Shown: positions 31,630 through 40,637 of the stretch, in pieces | Layout of the letters: the number at the start of each line of letters is the position of its first letter | Numbering within the stretch: position 1 is the first letter of the stretch | NCBI GenBank assembly: GCA_035941735.1 | Contig: DASZDS010000034.1 | Coordinates: 145,109-209,108, forward strand | Origin: Allosphingosinicella sp. | GTDB lineage: Bacteria > Pseudomonadota > Alphaproteobacteria > Sphingomonadales > Sphingomonadaceae | Reading direction: 5' to 3' | DNA: 64,000 bases | The notes under the pieces: model-generated | Seen by the model: only the letters and a program-made list of their open reading frames with translations | Database searches by the model: none | What the model was told of the DNA's origin: nothing | Program-made: the position numbers and the translations under genes

Positions 31630-33379
31630 CGGGTTCGACCTCGTTGACCTGCTCGGGATTGACGATGATCCGGTCGATCTGGGCGCGCAGGTCGCCGGTC
31701 GCGAGCTGCGCCCGCAGCCGCTCGCGGTCGCGCGCGCGATAGAGATTCTCGGTGCGGTCGATCTCCTCGAGGTCGACGCCGACGCTCTCCATCGCCATCC
31801 GCGCCATTTTCACCGCCGATTCGAGCACCTCGCGGACCGCGCCGGCGACCGGCGCCCCCTTGAGCTTCAGCAAGGCGCGGCGGTCATAGGCGCGCACGAA
31901 CAGGGTCGCCCTGGGAAAGGATTCGTGGATTCCCTCGAGCAATTCGGCGTCGAGCTGGTCGCCGTCGATGCAGAACAGGATCAGCTCGGCCTCGGCCGCG
32001 CCCGCCTGGCGGAGCAGGTCGACCCTGGTGCCGTCGCCATAATAGACCTTGGCGCCGAAGCTTCCGGCGACGTCGATCATCTCGATGTCGGTGTCGATCA
32101 GGGTCACCGGTATGCCCTGGGCGACCAGCATCTGGCCCACCGTCTGGCCGAACCGGCCGTAGCCGACGATGATCGCGTTCGAGCCGTCGGCGACCGGCCC
32201 CTCGCGCTCCTCCTTGCTGACCGGCTCGGCGCGCATCCGGCTCGTCGCCATCATCAGGAAGGGGGTCGTCGCCATCGACAGGGTGACGATCGCGCCGAAC
32301 AGGCTCGCCGCCTCGGGCGAGATCAGCATCGCGCCTTGCGCCTGCGCGAACAGGACGAAGCCGAACTCGCCGCCCTGGCTCAAGAGCAGGCCGAGCGCGA
32401 GCGCCGGGCGCCAGGCCATGCGGAACGCCATCGCCAGGCCCATGATCACCACCGCCTTGATCGCGATCAGGCCGGCGGCCATGCCGATCACGAACAAAGG
32501 CCGCTCGGCGATCGCGTGGAGATCGAGCATCATGCCGACGGAGAGGAAGAACAGGCCGAGCAGGATCGATCGGAACGGCTCGACGTCGGCCTCGAGCTCG
32601 TGCCGGTAGGGCGAATCGGCGAGCATCACGCCGGCGATGAATGCGCCCAAGGCGGTCGACAGGCCGAGCAGCTGCATGATCGCGGCGGTCGCGATCACCG
32701 TGAACAGGCCCGCGAAGACGAACATCTCGCGCTCGCCCATATTGCCGATCAGGCGGAACAGCGGCCGGAGCAGGAAGCGGCCGGCGAGGACCAGGCCGAC
32801 GATCGCGCCGACCGTGTAGAGGCCGAGCTGCCAGCCGGGCGGGCCGGCCGCGTCGGCGGGGTTGCGCGACATCGCCGCGACGATCGTGATCAGCGGCACG
32901 ATCGAGAGGTCCTGGAAGAGCAGGATCGAGAAAGCGCGCTCGCCGAACGGGGTCCGCAGCCTTCCCGCCGATTGCAGCATCGGCAGCACCTGCGCGGTCG
33001 AGGACAGGGCCAGCGGCAGGCCGAGCGCCAGCGCCGCCGGCCAGGACGAACGGCCGGCGAACCAGACCAGGGCCGCCGCCGCGATGCCGCACAACGCGAC
33101 CTGGAGCCCGCCGAACAGGAAGATGTCGTGCCGCATCCGCCACAGCCGCGCCGGATTGAGCTCGAGCCCGACCAGGAACAGCAGCAAAGTGATGCCGATC
33201 TCGGCGAAATGCAGCTTGCTTTCGGCGCCGGCGACGAGGCCGAGCAGATAGGGCCCGACCAAAGCGCCGGCGACGAGATAGCCCAAGGTCGCGCCGAGCC
33301 CGAGCCGGCGGAACAGCAGCACGAAGCCGAGCGCGAAGCCCAGCAGGATCACGGCGTCGCGGAGCAGCGAGCCGGTCAT
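31622..33379 (-). CDS. CPA2 family monovalent cation:proton antiporter (KefB/KefC/YbaL-like) with a C-terminal RCK/TrkA-N domain
   Basis: About 12 TM helices, then IIVGYGRFGQTVGQML (Rossmann GxGxxG). The ATG overlaps the upstream stop (ATGA at 33376-33379). Confidence 0.85.
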   Translation of the reverse strand: MTGSLLRDAVILLGFALGFVLLFRRLGLGATLGYLVAGALVGPYLLGLVAGAESKLHFAEIGITLLLFLVGLELNPARLWRMRHDIFLFGGLQVALCGIAAAALVWFAGRSSWPAALALGLPLALSSTAQVLPMLQSAGRLRTPFGERAFSILLFQDLSIVPLITIVAAMSRNPADAAGPPGWQLGLYTVGAIVGLVLAGRFLLRPLFRLIGNMGEREMFVFAGLFTVIATAAIMQLLGLSTALGAFIAGVMLADSPYRHELEADVEPFRSILLGLFFLSVGMMLDLHAIAERPLFVIGMAAGLIAIKAVVIMGLAMAFRMAWRPALALGLLLSQGGEFGFVLFAQAQGAMLISPEAASLFGAIVTLSMATTPFLMMATSRMRAEPVSKEEREGPVADGSNAIIVGYGRFGQTVGQMLVAQGIPVTLIDTDIEMIDVAGSFGAKVYYGDGTRVDLLRQAGAAEAELILFCIDGDQLDAELLEGIHESFPRATLFVRAYDRRALLKLKGAPVAGAVREVLESAVKMARMAMESVGVDLEEIDRTENLYRARDRERLRAQLATGDLRAQIDRIIVNPEQVNEVEPAK

Positions 33380-33792
33380 CGCGCCGCAGCCTCGGCGGCG
33401 GCCGCGAACGGCAGCAGGATCGCGGCGTGACGCGCGGGATAAGCGCGCGCCGTTGCGAACACGGCAAGGCCCGGCCAGTCGCCCGGATCCTCGCGCGCGC
33501 CGGCGAGATAGGCGGCGAGCGCATCGCGGGCCGCGGCGAGTTCGTCGGCGCTGCGGCCGACCGCATGCGCGCCCAGCAAAGCCGCCGAGGCCTGGCCCAA
33601 TGCGCAGGCGCGCACCTCCTGGCCGAGCTCGGCCACCCTGCCTTCGCCGTCGGTCACCAGGTCGACAACGACCCGGCTGCCGCAGATGGGCGAATTTTTT
33701 TCCACGCTCGCCTGCGCGCCTTCGAGCCGGCCCAGATGCGGAATCGCGGCGGCGAGTCGCAGGATGTCGCGCGTGTAGAGAGGGGCGGTCAT
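33376..33792 (-). CDS. NifU/IscU N-terminal-like iron-sulfur cluster scaffold family protein
   Basis: 138 aa. NSPICGSRVVVDL and VRACALGQASAA resemble the Cys-containing motifs of IscU/SufU-like proteins. Confidence 0.65.
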   Translation of the reverse strand: MTAPLYTRDILRLAAAIPHLGRLEGAQASVEKNSPICGSRVVVDLVTDGEGRVAELGQEVRACALGQASAALLGAHAVGRSADELAAARDALAAYLAGAREDPGDWPGLAVFATARAYPARHAAILLPFAAAAEAAAR

Positions 33793-33871
33793 GGGCGACG
33801 TATAGAGGCGCAGACCGGCCCCACCAACCTTCTCCGCTAATCCTGCATAGGGACCGATCCGGGGGAAGGCC

Positions 33872-33947
33872 CGTATCGAAAGACGGATTCCATGCGTCCT
33901 TCGATACGCCGGTTCGACAGGCTCACCGGCTACTCAGGGTGAGCGGG
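33872..33947. repeat. composite REP-like element (family B-related)
   Basis: A 9-bp inverted repeat CGTATCGAA/TTCGATACG, followed by GTTCGACAGGCTCACC...GGTGAGCGG, which resembles the CGACAGGCTCAG core of family B. Confidence 0.4.
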
Positions 33948-33960
33948 GTGGAGTGACTGC

Positions 33961-35280
33961 TCAGGCGCGACGCCAGTCGGTGGTTCCGTCGGGTCGATCT
34001 TCCAGCACTATCCCGTCCTCCGCCAGCTCGGCCCTGATCCGATCCGCCTCGGCGAAGTCGCGGCGCTGCTTGGCATCGGCGCGGGCGGCGACCAGCGCAT
34101 CGATTCGGGGATCGCCTTCGCCCCGGAACCAGCCGGCTGGCTCGTCCGCAAGCAGGCCCATCAATCGCCCCGAAGCGCGCAGCGTCGCGCCGTCCTCGAT
34201 CGCGGCGAGACGCGACAGGGCCAGAGGGGTGTTGAGATCGTCGGCGAGCGCGTCGAGCACGCCCGGATCGGGATCCCCGACATCGGCGTCGCCGGCGGCA
34301 CGGTAGAGCCGATCCAGCGTCGCCTTGCTTTGCGCCACCAGGCTTTCCGACCATTCGAGCGGCTGGCGGTAGTGGGCGGAGAGCAGACCCAAGCGCAGCA
34401 CCTCGCCTTGGTGGCCCCGCTCGAGCAGCTCATTCACCAGCACCACATTGCCGAGGCTCTTCGACATCTTCTCCGAGCCCGCCATCGACAGGAAGCCGTT
34501 ATGCACCCAGTAGCGCGCCAGGGCCGCGCCGCCATGGGCGCAGCGGCTCTGGGCGATCTCGTTCTCGTGGTGGGGGAAGATGAGGTCGAGGCCGCCACCG
34601 TGGATGTCGATCGTCTCCCCCAGATGCGCCTCGATCATCGCCGAGCATTCGATGTGCCAGCCCGGGCGGCCCCTGCCCCACGGCGAGTCCCAGCCGATCA
34701 CGCCTTCGGGCGAGGGCTTCCAGAGGACGAAATCGGCCGGATCCTTCTTGTAGCTCGCGACCTCGACCCGGGCGCCGGCGATCATCGCCTCGCGGTCGCG
34801 ACGGCCGAGCGCGCCGTAATCGGGGTCGCCCGGCACGTGGAAGAGGACGTGGCCGTCCGCCTCATAGGCATTGCCGGCCTCGATCAGCCGGGCGATCATC
34901 GCCACCATCTCGCCGACATGGCCGGTCGCGTGCGGGGCGAGGTCGGGCAGGCGGACGCCCAATGCCCCCATGTCCTCGTTGTAGAAGCGCTCGTAGCGCT
35001 CGGTGATCGCCCCCGGATCGAGACCCTCGGCCTTCGCCGCCTCGATGATCTTGTCGTCGACGTCGGTGACGTTGCGGGCGTAGACGAGGCTCTCCTCGCC
35101 ATAGGCGTGGCGCAGCAGCCTCGCGAGCACGTCGAAAACCACCGCCGGGCGGGCATTGCCGATATGGGCGCGGTTGTAGACGGTCGGCCCGCAGACATAC
35201 ATCGTCACCCGCTTCGGGTCGGCGGGCGCGAAAGCGCGCTTCGCCCGCGCCATCGTGTCGTGGAGCCGGATTTCCGTCAT
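33961..35280 (-). CDS. cysS: cysteine--tRNA ligase
   Basis: [19 protein letters not shown] (HIGH region) and KMSKSLGN. 439 aa. Confidence 0.95.
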   Translation of the reverse strand: MTEIRLHDTMARAKRAFAPADPKRVTMYVCGPTVYNRAHIGNARPAVVFDVLARLLRHAYGEESLVYARNVTDVDDKIIEAAKAEGLDPGAITERYERFYNEDMGALGVRLPDLAPHATGHVGEMVAMIARLIEAGNAYEADGHVLFHVPGDPDYGALGRRDREAMIAGARVEVASYKKDPADFVLWKPSPEGVIGWDSPWGRGRPGWHIECSAMIEAHLGETIDIHGGGLDLIFPHHENEIAQSRCAHGGAALARYWVHNGFLSMAGSEKMSKSLGNVVLVNELLERGHQGEVLRLGLLSAHYRQPLEWSESLVAQSKATLDRLYRAAGDADVGDPDPGVLDALADDLNTPLALSRLAAIEDGATLRASGRLMGLLADEPAGWFRGEGDPRIDALVAARADAKQRRDFAEADRIRAELAEDGIVLEDRPDGTTDWRRA

Positions 35281-35816
35281 TGCGTGTTGGCTTCGGCCTG
35301 ATTCGCGACCGGTTCGGGGCCGCGGCGCGCCTCGACGAGGTCGACCATCATCGCGCTGCTCGACTGGAGCAAAGGATAGGTGCGCGACTGCGCGATCCAG
35401 TCGGGCCGCGGCGCGGCGCGGCTCCAGAGCGTGTCGTAGACGAGGTTGAAGACGAGATAGAGCAGGGTCGCGCCGATCAGCCCCTTCAAGGAGCCGAAGC
35501 CGGCGCCGAGCAGCCGGTCGACCGGTCCGACCACCGAATTGCGGACGCGGCCGCCGAGCCGCCGCGCGGCGAGCCGGCCGCCGAAATAGACGAGGCCGAA
35601 GACGATCGCGAAGGCGAGCACCGCGGCGCCCGCGACGGTGCCGACCGGCCCGACCAGCAGGTCGCGGACCGGCCCGTGCAGGTAGCGCAAAGCGGCGATC
35701 GCCAGGAACAAGGCGAGCAGCGACAATATCTCGGCGACGAAGCCGCGCAGCCAGCCGACCACCAGCCCGGCGCCGACCAGCAGGAGGACGAGGATGTCGA
35801 GTGCGGTAAGGCCCAT
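35277..35816 (-). CDS. cvpA: CvpA family (colicin V production) membrane protein
   Basis: The ATG at 35816 gives [35 protein letters not shown], typical of CvpA. Four TM helices. The stop overlaps the cysS ATG. Confidence 0.8.
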   Translation of the reverse strand: MGLTALDILVLLLVGAGLVVGWLRGFVAEILSLLALFLAIAALRYLHGPVRDLLVGPVGTVAGAAVLAFAIVFGLVYFGGRLAARRLGGRVRNSVVGPVDRLLGAGFGSLKGLIGATLLYLVFNLVYDTLWSRAAPRPDWIAQSRTYPLLQSSSAMMVDLVEARRGPEPVANQAEANTQ

Positions 35817-35857
35817 CGGGAGGTGGTTAGAGGAGGATTCGATACAGGGGAAGCACG

Positions 35858-36550
35858 TCAGTCGAGGATCCGCGCGGCGGTGCCCTCGACGCTGTAGTCG
35901 GCGCCGCCCTGGGCGTCGGCGGTGAAGCTGACCGGGACCTCGACCCGGCGCCCGCAGACCGTGAACGTCCAGGCCTCGCGCCACGAACCCGAGAAATAGG
36001 CGCCGTGCGCATAAGCGCCGAGCCGCGAGCGGTCGACGATCCTCGTCGGCCCCATGCGCAGGTCGGCGCCGTCGCAGGCCGGGGCCGCGCGGCGCACGAA
36101 ATTGGTGGCGGCGAGCGCGGCGAGATGGCCCATGTCGCGCATCAGCGAGGGATTGGCGAGGGTCTCGCCCTCGTTGACGAGCAGCACGCGCAGGCTGCCG
36201 TCGGCCATCCGCGCCGCGAGGAAGTGGCCGAGGAAGGGCTCGGGGCAGCCCGCGGCGCGGCCGTAGAAGGTCCAGCCGTTCCGGATCTGCCCGGCGCGGA
36301 CGCTTTGCGTGATCACCCTGACCGCGGTCGCGCTTTCGAGCCGCTCCAGCGTCAGCGCGCTCGGCACGCAGCGGCCTTCGCCGCGGGCATTGCCCTGCAG
36401 CGTCTCGAGCGCCGGCTGCCGCAGCGCGTCGAGCGCCGGCGGCGGCGCGGCGGCGTTGGTCTGCTCGAGGAAGCGGCGATAGGCGGCATCCTGGGCGAGC
36501 GCGGCGGCGGGGAGGAGCGACAGGGCGACGAAGAATGCGGCGCGGTGCAT
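35858..36550 (-). CDS. hypothetical secreted protein (4 Cys)
   Basis: Signal peptide MHRAAFFVALSLLPAAALAQ. AGGA lies 9 nt upstream of the ATG at 36550. I recognise no family. Confidence 0.55.
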   Translation of the reverse strand: MHRAAFFVALSLLPAAALAQDAAYRRFLEQTNAAAPPPALDALRQPALETLQGNARGEGRCVPSALTLERLESATAVRVITQSVRAGQIRNGWTFYGRAAGCPEPFLGHFLAARMADGSLRVLLVNEGETLANPSLMRDMGHLAALAATNFVRRAAPACDGADLRMGPTRIVDRSRLGAYAHGAYFSGSWREAWTFTVCGRRVEVPVSFTADAQGGADYSVEGTAARILD

Positions 36551-36565
36551 GGCTACCATTCCTAA

Positions 36566-36649
36566 CCGTTCGGGCTGAGCCTGTCGAAGCCCCTTCCTTT
36601 TCGCGGGCCAAGAAAAAAGAAAAGCCTTCGACAGGCTCAGGGCGAACGG
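36566..36649. repeat. REP family B, inverted dimer
   Basis: CCGTTCGGGCTGAGCCTGTCGAAGCCCCTTCC ... GCCTTCGACAGGCTCAGGGCGAACGG. Lies between the radA stop and the start of the downstream gene. Confidence 0.8.
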
Positions 36650-36658
36650 TGTGGGTTC

Positions 36659-38029
36659 TTATCTGCCGAGCAGATGATCGACCAATTGCCCGAGGCTGCG
36701 GAAGCCCGACAGCCGCATCGGCCCCTTCTCGCCCGCGATCGCGCCCGGCACCAGCGCCCGCTCGAAGCCCAGCTTCGCCGCTTCCTTGAGCCGGAGGCCG
36801 GCATGGGCGACGGGCCGGAGCTCGCCGGACAAGGCGACCTCGCCGAACGCGACCGTCTCGGCGGGGACCGGGCGCTCGGCGAGCGCCGAAACGAGCGCCG
36901 CGGCGACCGCGAGGTCGGCGGCGGGATCGGTCACGCGATAGCCGCCGGCCACGTTCAGATAGACTTCGCAGGTCGAGAAGCTCAGCCCGCAGCGCGCCTC
37001 GAGCACGGCGAGGATCATAGCGAGCCGCCCGCTGTCCCAGCCGACCGCGGCGCGGCGCGGCGTGGCGCCGCTGGCGAGGCGGACGGTGAGCGCCTGGATT
37101 TCGACCAGCACCGGCCGGGTCCCTTCGAGCGCCGGGAAGACGACCGCGCCAGGGACCGCTTCGCCGCGGTCGGTGAGGAACAGGGCCGAGGGGTTGGCGA
37201 CCTCGGCGAGCCCTTCCTCGCCCATCGCGAACACGCCGATCTCGTCGGTGCCGCCATAGCGGTTCTTGGTCGCGCGCAGGATCCGGTATTGGTGGCTGCG
37301 TTCGCCTTCGAAGCTCAGCACCGTGTCGACCATATGTTCGAGCACGCGCGGCCCGGCGATCGCCCCGTCCTTGGTGACGTGGCCGACGAGGACCAGAGCG
37401 GCGCCACTCTCCTTGGCGAAGTGGATCAGCTCGTGGGCCGCCGCGCGGACCTGGCTGACCGTCCCCGGGGCGCCCTCGATCAGGTCCGAATACATGGTCT
37501 GGATCGAATCGATCACCACCAGAGCGGGCGCCGCCGATTCGCCGAGCGTCGTCAATATGTCGCGCACCGAAGTCGCCGCGGCGAGCCGGAGCGGCGCCGC
37601 GCCGAGCCCGAGCCGGCGCGCGCGCAAGCGTATCTGGTCCGCCGCCTCCTCGCCTGAAATATAAGCAACCGGAAGGCCTTGCACGGCGACCCTCGCAGCC
37701 GCTTGCAGCAGCAGGGTCGACTTGCCGATGCCGGGATCGCCGCCGATCAGGATCGCCGAGCCCGCCACCATGCCGCCGCCCAGGGCCCGGTCGAACTCGG
37801 CGATGCCGGTCGCCAGCCGGTCGGGCAGCGCCAGCTCCGCATCGAGCCCGACCAGATCGACCCGCCGGCCGCCGGTGCGCAGATTGTGCTTCGCCGCGAA
37901 GGGCGTCACCACGCCTTCGGCATCCTCGACCAGGCCGTTCCACTCGCCGCACTCGACGCACTGGCCGGTCCAGCGCGGCGTCACCGACCCGCAGAGCTGG
38001 CACACATAGCGTTTCCTCGGCTTCGCCAT
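36659..38029 (-). CDS. radA: DNA repair protein RadA (Sms)
   Basis: N-terminal zinc finger (YVCQLCGSVTPRWTGQCVECGEWN), Walker A (GGDPGIGKSTLLLQ), the KNRYG motif and a Lon-like C-terminal domain. Confidence 0.95.
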   Translation of the reverse strand: MAKPRKRYVCQLCGSVTPRWTGQCVECGEWNGLVEDAEGVVTPFAAKHNLRTGGRRVDLVGLDAELALPDRLATGIAEFDRALGGGMVAGSAILIGGDPGIGKSTLLLQAAARVAVQGLPVAYISGEEAADQIRLRARRLGLGAAPLRLAAATSVRDILTTLGESAAPALVVIDSIQTMYSDLIEGAPGTVSQVRAAAHELIHFAKESGAALVLVGHVTKDGAIAGPRVLEHMVDTVLSFEGERSHQYRILRATKNRYGGTDEIGVFAMGEEGLAEVANPSALFLTDRGEAVPGAVVFPALEGTRPVLVEIQALTVRLASGATPRRAAVGWDSGRLAMILAVLEARCGLSFSTCEVYLNVAGGYRVTDPAADLAVAAALVSALAERPVPAETVAFGEVALSGELRPVAHAGLRLKEAAKLGFERALVPGAIAGEKGPMRLSGFRSLGQLVDHLLGR

Positions 38030-38044
38030 GGTTGCGGCTTAGCG

Positions 38045-38059
38045 GAACAGGAAGTGAAC
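38045..38059 (-). promoter_or_regulatory. putative alphaproteobacterial LexA (SOS) box GTTC-N7-GTTC upstream of radA
   Basis: The plus strand reads GAACaggaagtGAAC, which is a perfect GTTC-N7-GTTC on the radA strand, 16-30 nt upstream of the ATG. Confidence 0.4.
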
Positions 38060-38129
38060 ATCCAGCAAATTCTGCGGCCACGGAACGCCCCTGCCCCACC
38101 CCGCATTATGCCTGTATCCGTGGCAGAGC

Positions 38130-38450
38130 GTGGAGGCCGTCTTGTTCGTCCAGATCAGAACCGACAACCATATCAAGAGCGACGCCGCCGCCAATGCGCG
38201 GCTGGAGCAGCAGGTACGGCGGAAGTTGAAGAAGTTCGACGAGCGGCTGCGCCGGGTCGAGGTCCACATCTCCGACATGAACGGCGGGAAGGGCGGCGGC
38301 GACAAGCGCGTCAGCATCGAGGCGCGCCCGGCGGGCCACGAGCCGATCGCGGTCCACGCCGAGGCCGCGCGGATCGAGAATGCGGTGCTGCTGGCGGCGG
38401 ACAAGGCGGCCCGCGCGCTCGACCATTCGCTCGGCAAGCAGCACCGCTAG
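38130..38450 (+). CDS. HPF/RaiA family ribosome-associated protein (short form)
   Basis: 106 aa. The architecture (FVQIRTDNHIK...LRRVEVHISDMNGGKGG...IENAVLLAADKAARAL) fits the sigma-54 modulation / ribosomal subunit interface family. A hairpin with a T-run follows the stop directly. Confidence 0.7.
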   Translation: MEAVLFVQIRTDNHIKSDAAANARLEQQVRRKLKKFDERLRRVEVHISDMNGGKGGGDKRVSIEARPAGHEPIAVHAEAARIENAVLLAADKAARALDHSLGKQHR

Positions 38451-38452
38451 AA

Positions 38453-38475
38453 AAAATAGGGACAGTCCCTATTTT
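38453..38475 (+). terminator. REP family C hairpin (AAAATAGGGAC-A-GTCCCTATTTT), likely the intrinsic terminator of the hpf-like gene
   Basis: A perfect 11-bp stem starts 3 nt after the stop codon and ends in a T-run. Confidence 0.6.
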
Positions 38476-38499
38476 CCGCCCGCCGCGCCCGCGCTTGAG

Positions 38500-38523
38500 A
38501 AAATGGGGACTGTCCCTATTTTT
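38500..38523. repeat. REP family C hairpin, second copy (AAAATGGGGAC-T-GTCCCTATTTT)
   Basis: Same architecture as the copy 47 nt upstream, with one G.T pair. It ends 10 nt before the EEP gene ATG. Confidence 0.7.
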
Positions 38524-38532
38524 CGGCAGCCC

Positions 38533-39228
38533 ATGATCCGCGTCGCTTCCTACAACATGCGCAAGGCGATCGGCACCGACCGCCGGCGGCGCCCCGAGCG
38601 GACGATCGAGGTGCTGAACGAGCTCGACGCCGACGTCATCGCGCTCCAGGAGGCCGACCGCCGGTTCGGCTCCCGCGCCAGCGCGATCCCGCTGGCGATG
38701 CTGGCGGCGCGCAGCGACTACAAGCCGGTCGAGATCGACAATCGCGCCGGCTCGATCGGCTGGCACGGCAACGCGCTGCTGGTGCGCAACCGGATCGAGG
38801 TGCGCGAGCATCACCTGTTCCGCCTGCCCTCCCTGGAGCCGCGCGGCGCGGTGCTCGCCGAGCTGCTGGTCGACGGCGCGCTGCTGCGCGTGGTCGGCAT
38901 GCATCTCGACCTTTCCGGCCTGTGGCGGCGGCAGCAGGCGCAGGCGATCCTCGCCCATCTGCACGAGCGCGAAGGCGAGCCGCCGACGGTGCTGATGGGC
39001 GACCTCAACGAATGGAGCACGCGCGGCGGCTGCCTGCGCGATTTCGGGGCGGACCACCAGTTCGCGCCCTGCGGCCTCAGCTTCCATGCCCGCCGGCCGA
39101 TCGCCGCGCTCGACCGGATCATCGTCAGCCGCGACCTCCAGATCGTCGCGGCCGGAGTCCACCGCAGCCAATGCTCGCGCCGCGCGTCGGATCATCTGCC
39201 GATCTGGGCGGAATTGAGCGCCGCCTAA
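38533..39228 (+). CDS. endonuclease/exonuclease/phosphatase (EEP) family protein
   Basis: MIRVASYNMRKAIG, ADVIALQEAD, GDLNEW and a C-terminal SDHLPIWAEL are canonical EEP motifs. Confidence 0.8.
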   Translation: MIRVASYNMRKAIGTDRRRRPERTIEVLNELDADVIALQEADRRFGSRASAIPLAMLAARSDYKPVEIDNRAGSIGWHGNALLVRNRIEVREHHLFRLPSLEPRGAVLAELLVDGALLRVVGMHLDLSGLWRRQQAQAILAHLHEREGEPPTVLMGDLNEWSTRGGCLRDFGADHQFAPCGLSFHARRPIAALDRIIVSRDLQIVAAGVHRSQCSRRASDHLPIWAELSAA

Positions 39229-40517
39229 CCGCCCTCGTTCTCGGCGTGGGCGAGGTTGCCGTTCGGATTTTCCGGTACCTCCGGCGCCTTGTCGAGCTCG
39301 AGCCAGTCGCGGAACGGCAGCCGGTAAATCATGTCCATCACTTCATATTCGATCGCGTTGGGCCGCGGGCTCGACGAGTTCCAGAGGACGACGACCCCGG
39401 CGCGCAGCCGCGGATCGAACAGGATCATCGAGCGATAGCCGCGCACCCCGCCATGGTGGCCGACGACGCGGTGGCCGGCATAATCGAGAATCCGCCAGCC
39501 GAGGCCGTAGGCGGAGGCCGCGGTGCGCTCGCGAAACTTGCGGCGGCGGAAATTCTCGCCCGGGGTGCGCACCTGCGGCGTCTGGACGGCGGCGAGGACG
39601 GCCGGCGGCAGCACGTCGGCGGCGAGGCCCATCTGCGCCAGCATCCAGATCGCAAGGTCCTTGATCGTGCCGTTGACGCCGCCCGAGGCAGGCACCCGAT
39701 AATAGATGTCGGCGACCTCTTCGGGCCCGCGCGGATGGCCGCCGACATGGGGCCGCGCCCAGCTCTGCGCGCCGACCAGAGCGGCGCGGCTGACGCTGGC
39801 GCCGGTCATTCCCAGAGGCGCGAAGAAGCGCTCGCGCACCACCTCGCCATAAGGCCGCCCGGTGACCCGCTCGACGATCTCCGAGGCCGCGTCATAGGCG
39901 ACGTTCTGATAGGCGTGGCAGGTGCCGGGCGCGCAGATATTGTGGAGGGTGGCGAGCGTGCCGCGCAGATAGTGCGGCTCCAACCCGTCTTCGAGCTTGG
40001 CATCCTGGGCATGGCCGAACAGGCCGAGCGAATGCGAGAGCAGATTGGCGACGCTCGCCACCTGCTCGTTGCCGCCGGGCAGCCTGAGCGAGGAGGCGTA
40101 GCGCGCCACCGGGTCGCCCAGCGACAGCCGCCCGTCATTGGCGAGGCTCGCGACCATGTCGGCGGCGACGCCCTTGGACAAGGACGCCCAGCGGAAGACG
40201 GTGTCGGCGGTGACCGGCTCGCGGCCGCCGGCGAAGGTCACGCCATAGCCCTTGATGAAGCGGATCTGGCCGTCCTCGACGATGCCGACGGCGAGGCCCA
40301 CCATCGCCGGGTCCGCCATCAGCCGGTTGAGCCGCGCGTCGAGCCGGGCATAATCGACCGCGTGCGGGCGCGCCGAGCCGCCGCTCGAAACCGCGACGTC
40401 GAAGCGATGCGCGGGATCGGCGGGGAGCGGCCGGGTGACGCGCAGCGCCAGCACCCAGAGCGCGGCCGCGACCAGCAATCCTGCGATGAAATACCAGGCG
40501 AAGCGCCGCAACCGCAC
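39225..40517 (-). CDS. membrane-anchored serine hydrolase (beta-lactamase class C / PBP-like family)
   Basis: SxxK (ASLSK), YxN (YQN) and a HGG triad equivalent. The N-terminal TM helix is FAWYFIAGLLVAAALWVLAL. I place the start at the GTG at 40517 (TTG at 40520 is possible). The upstream 750 aa of the listed ORF is antisense to the patatin gene. Confidence 0.75.
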   Translation of the reverse strand: MRLRRFAWYFIAGLLVAAALWVLALRVTRPLPADPAHRFDVAVSSGGSARPHAVDYARLDARLNRLMADPAMVGLAVGIVEDGQIRFIKGYGVTFAGGREPVTADTVFRWASLSKGVAADMVASLANDGRLSLGDPVARYASSLRLPGGNEQVASVANLLSHSLGLFGHAQDAKLEDGLEPHYLRGTLATLHNICAPGTCHAYQNVAYDAASEIVERVTGRPYGEVVRERFFAPLGMTGASVSRAALVGAQSWARPHVGGHPRGPEEVADIYYRVPASGGVNGTIKDLAIWMLAQMGLAADVLPPAVLAAVQTPQVRTPGENFRRRKFRERTAASAYGLGWRILDYAGHRVVGHHGGVRGYRSMILFDPRLRAGVVVLWNSSSPRPNAIEYEVMDMIYRLPFRDWLELDKAPEVPENPNGNLAHAENEGG

Positions 40518-40637
40518 CAAATCGAACTTCCAGCTTCCAGGCGCCGGCCGGTCCGGCCGCGCCCGCTTAGCCCAAGCGATCGGGCGAAGGGAAGCGCTTC
40601 GCTCGACAGCGCGGCGCCGGAATGCCACGCTGCGCCG

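Noticed and set aside
38453-38523. Possible mini-CRISPR array, since the region has repeated palindromic 23-mers with a spacer.
   Set aside because: There are only two copies, the repeat is too short and AT-flanked, and there are no cas genes. It fits a REP/terminator hairpin better.
38922-40637. The N-terminal 570 codons of the 1338-aa ORF that ends as the patatin-like protein.
   Set aside because: This part overlaps the EEP gene in another frame and is antisense to the serine hydrolase. Its composition is Arg/Ala/Gly/Pro-rich. The patatin homology, with its oxyanion loop, begins right after the ATG at 40638.
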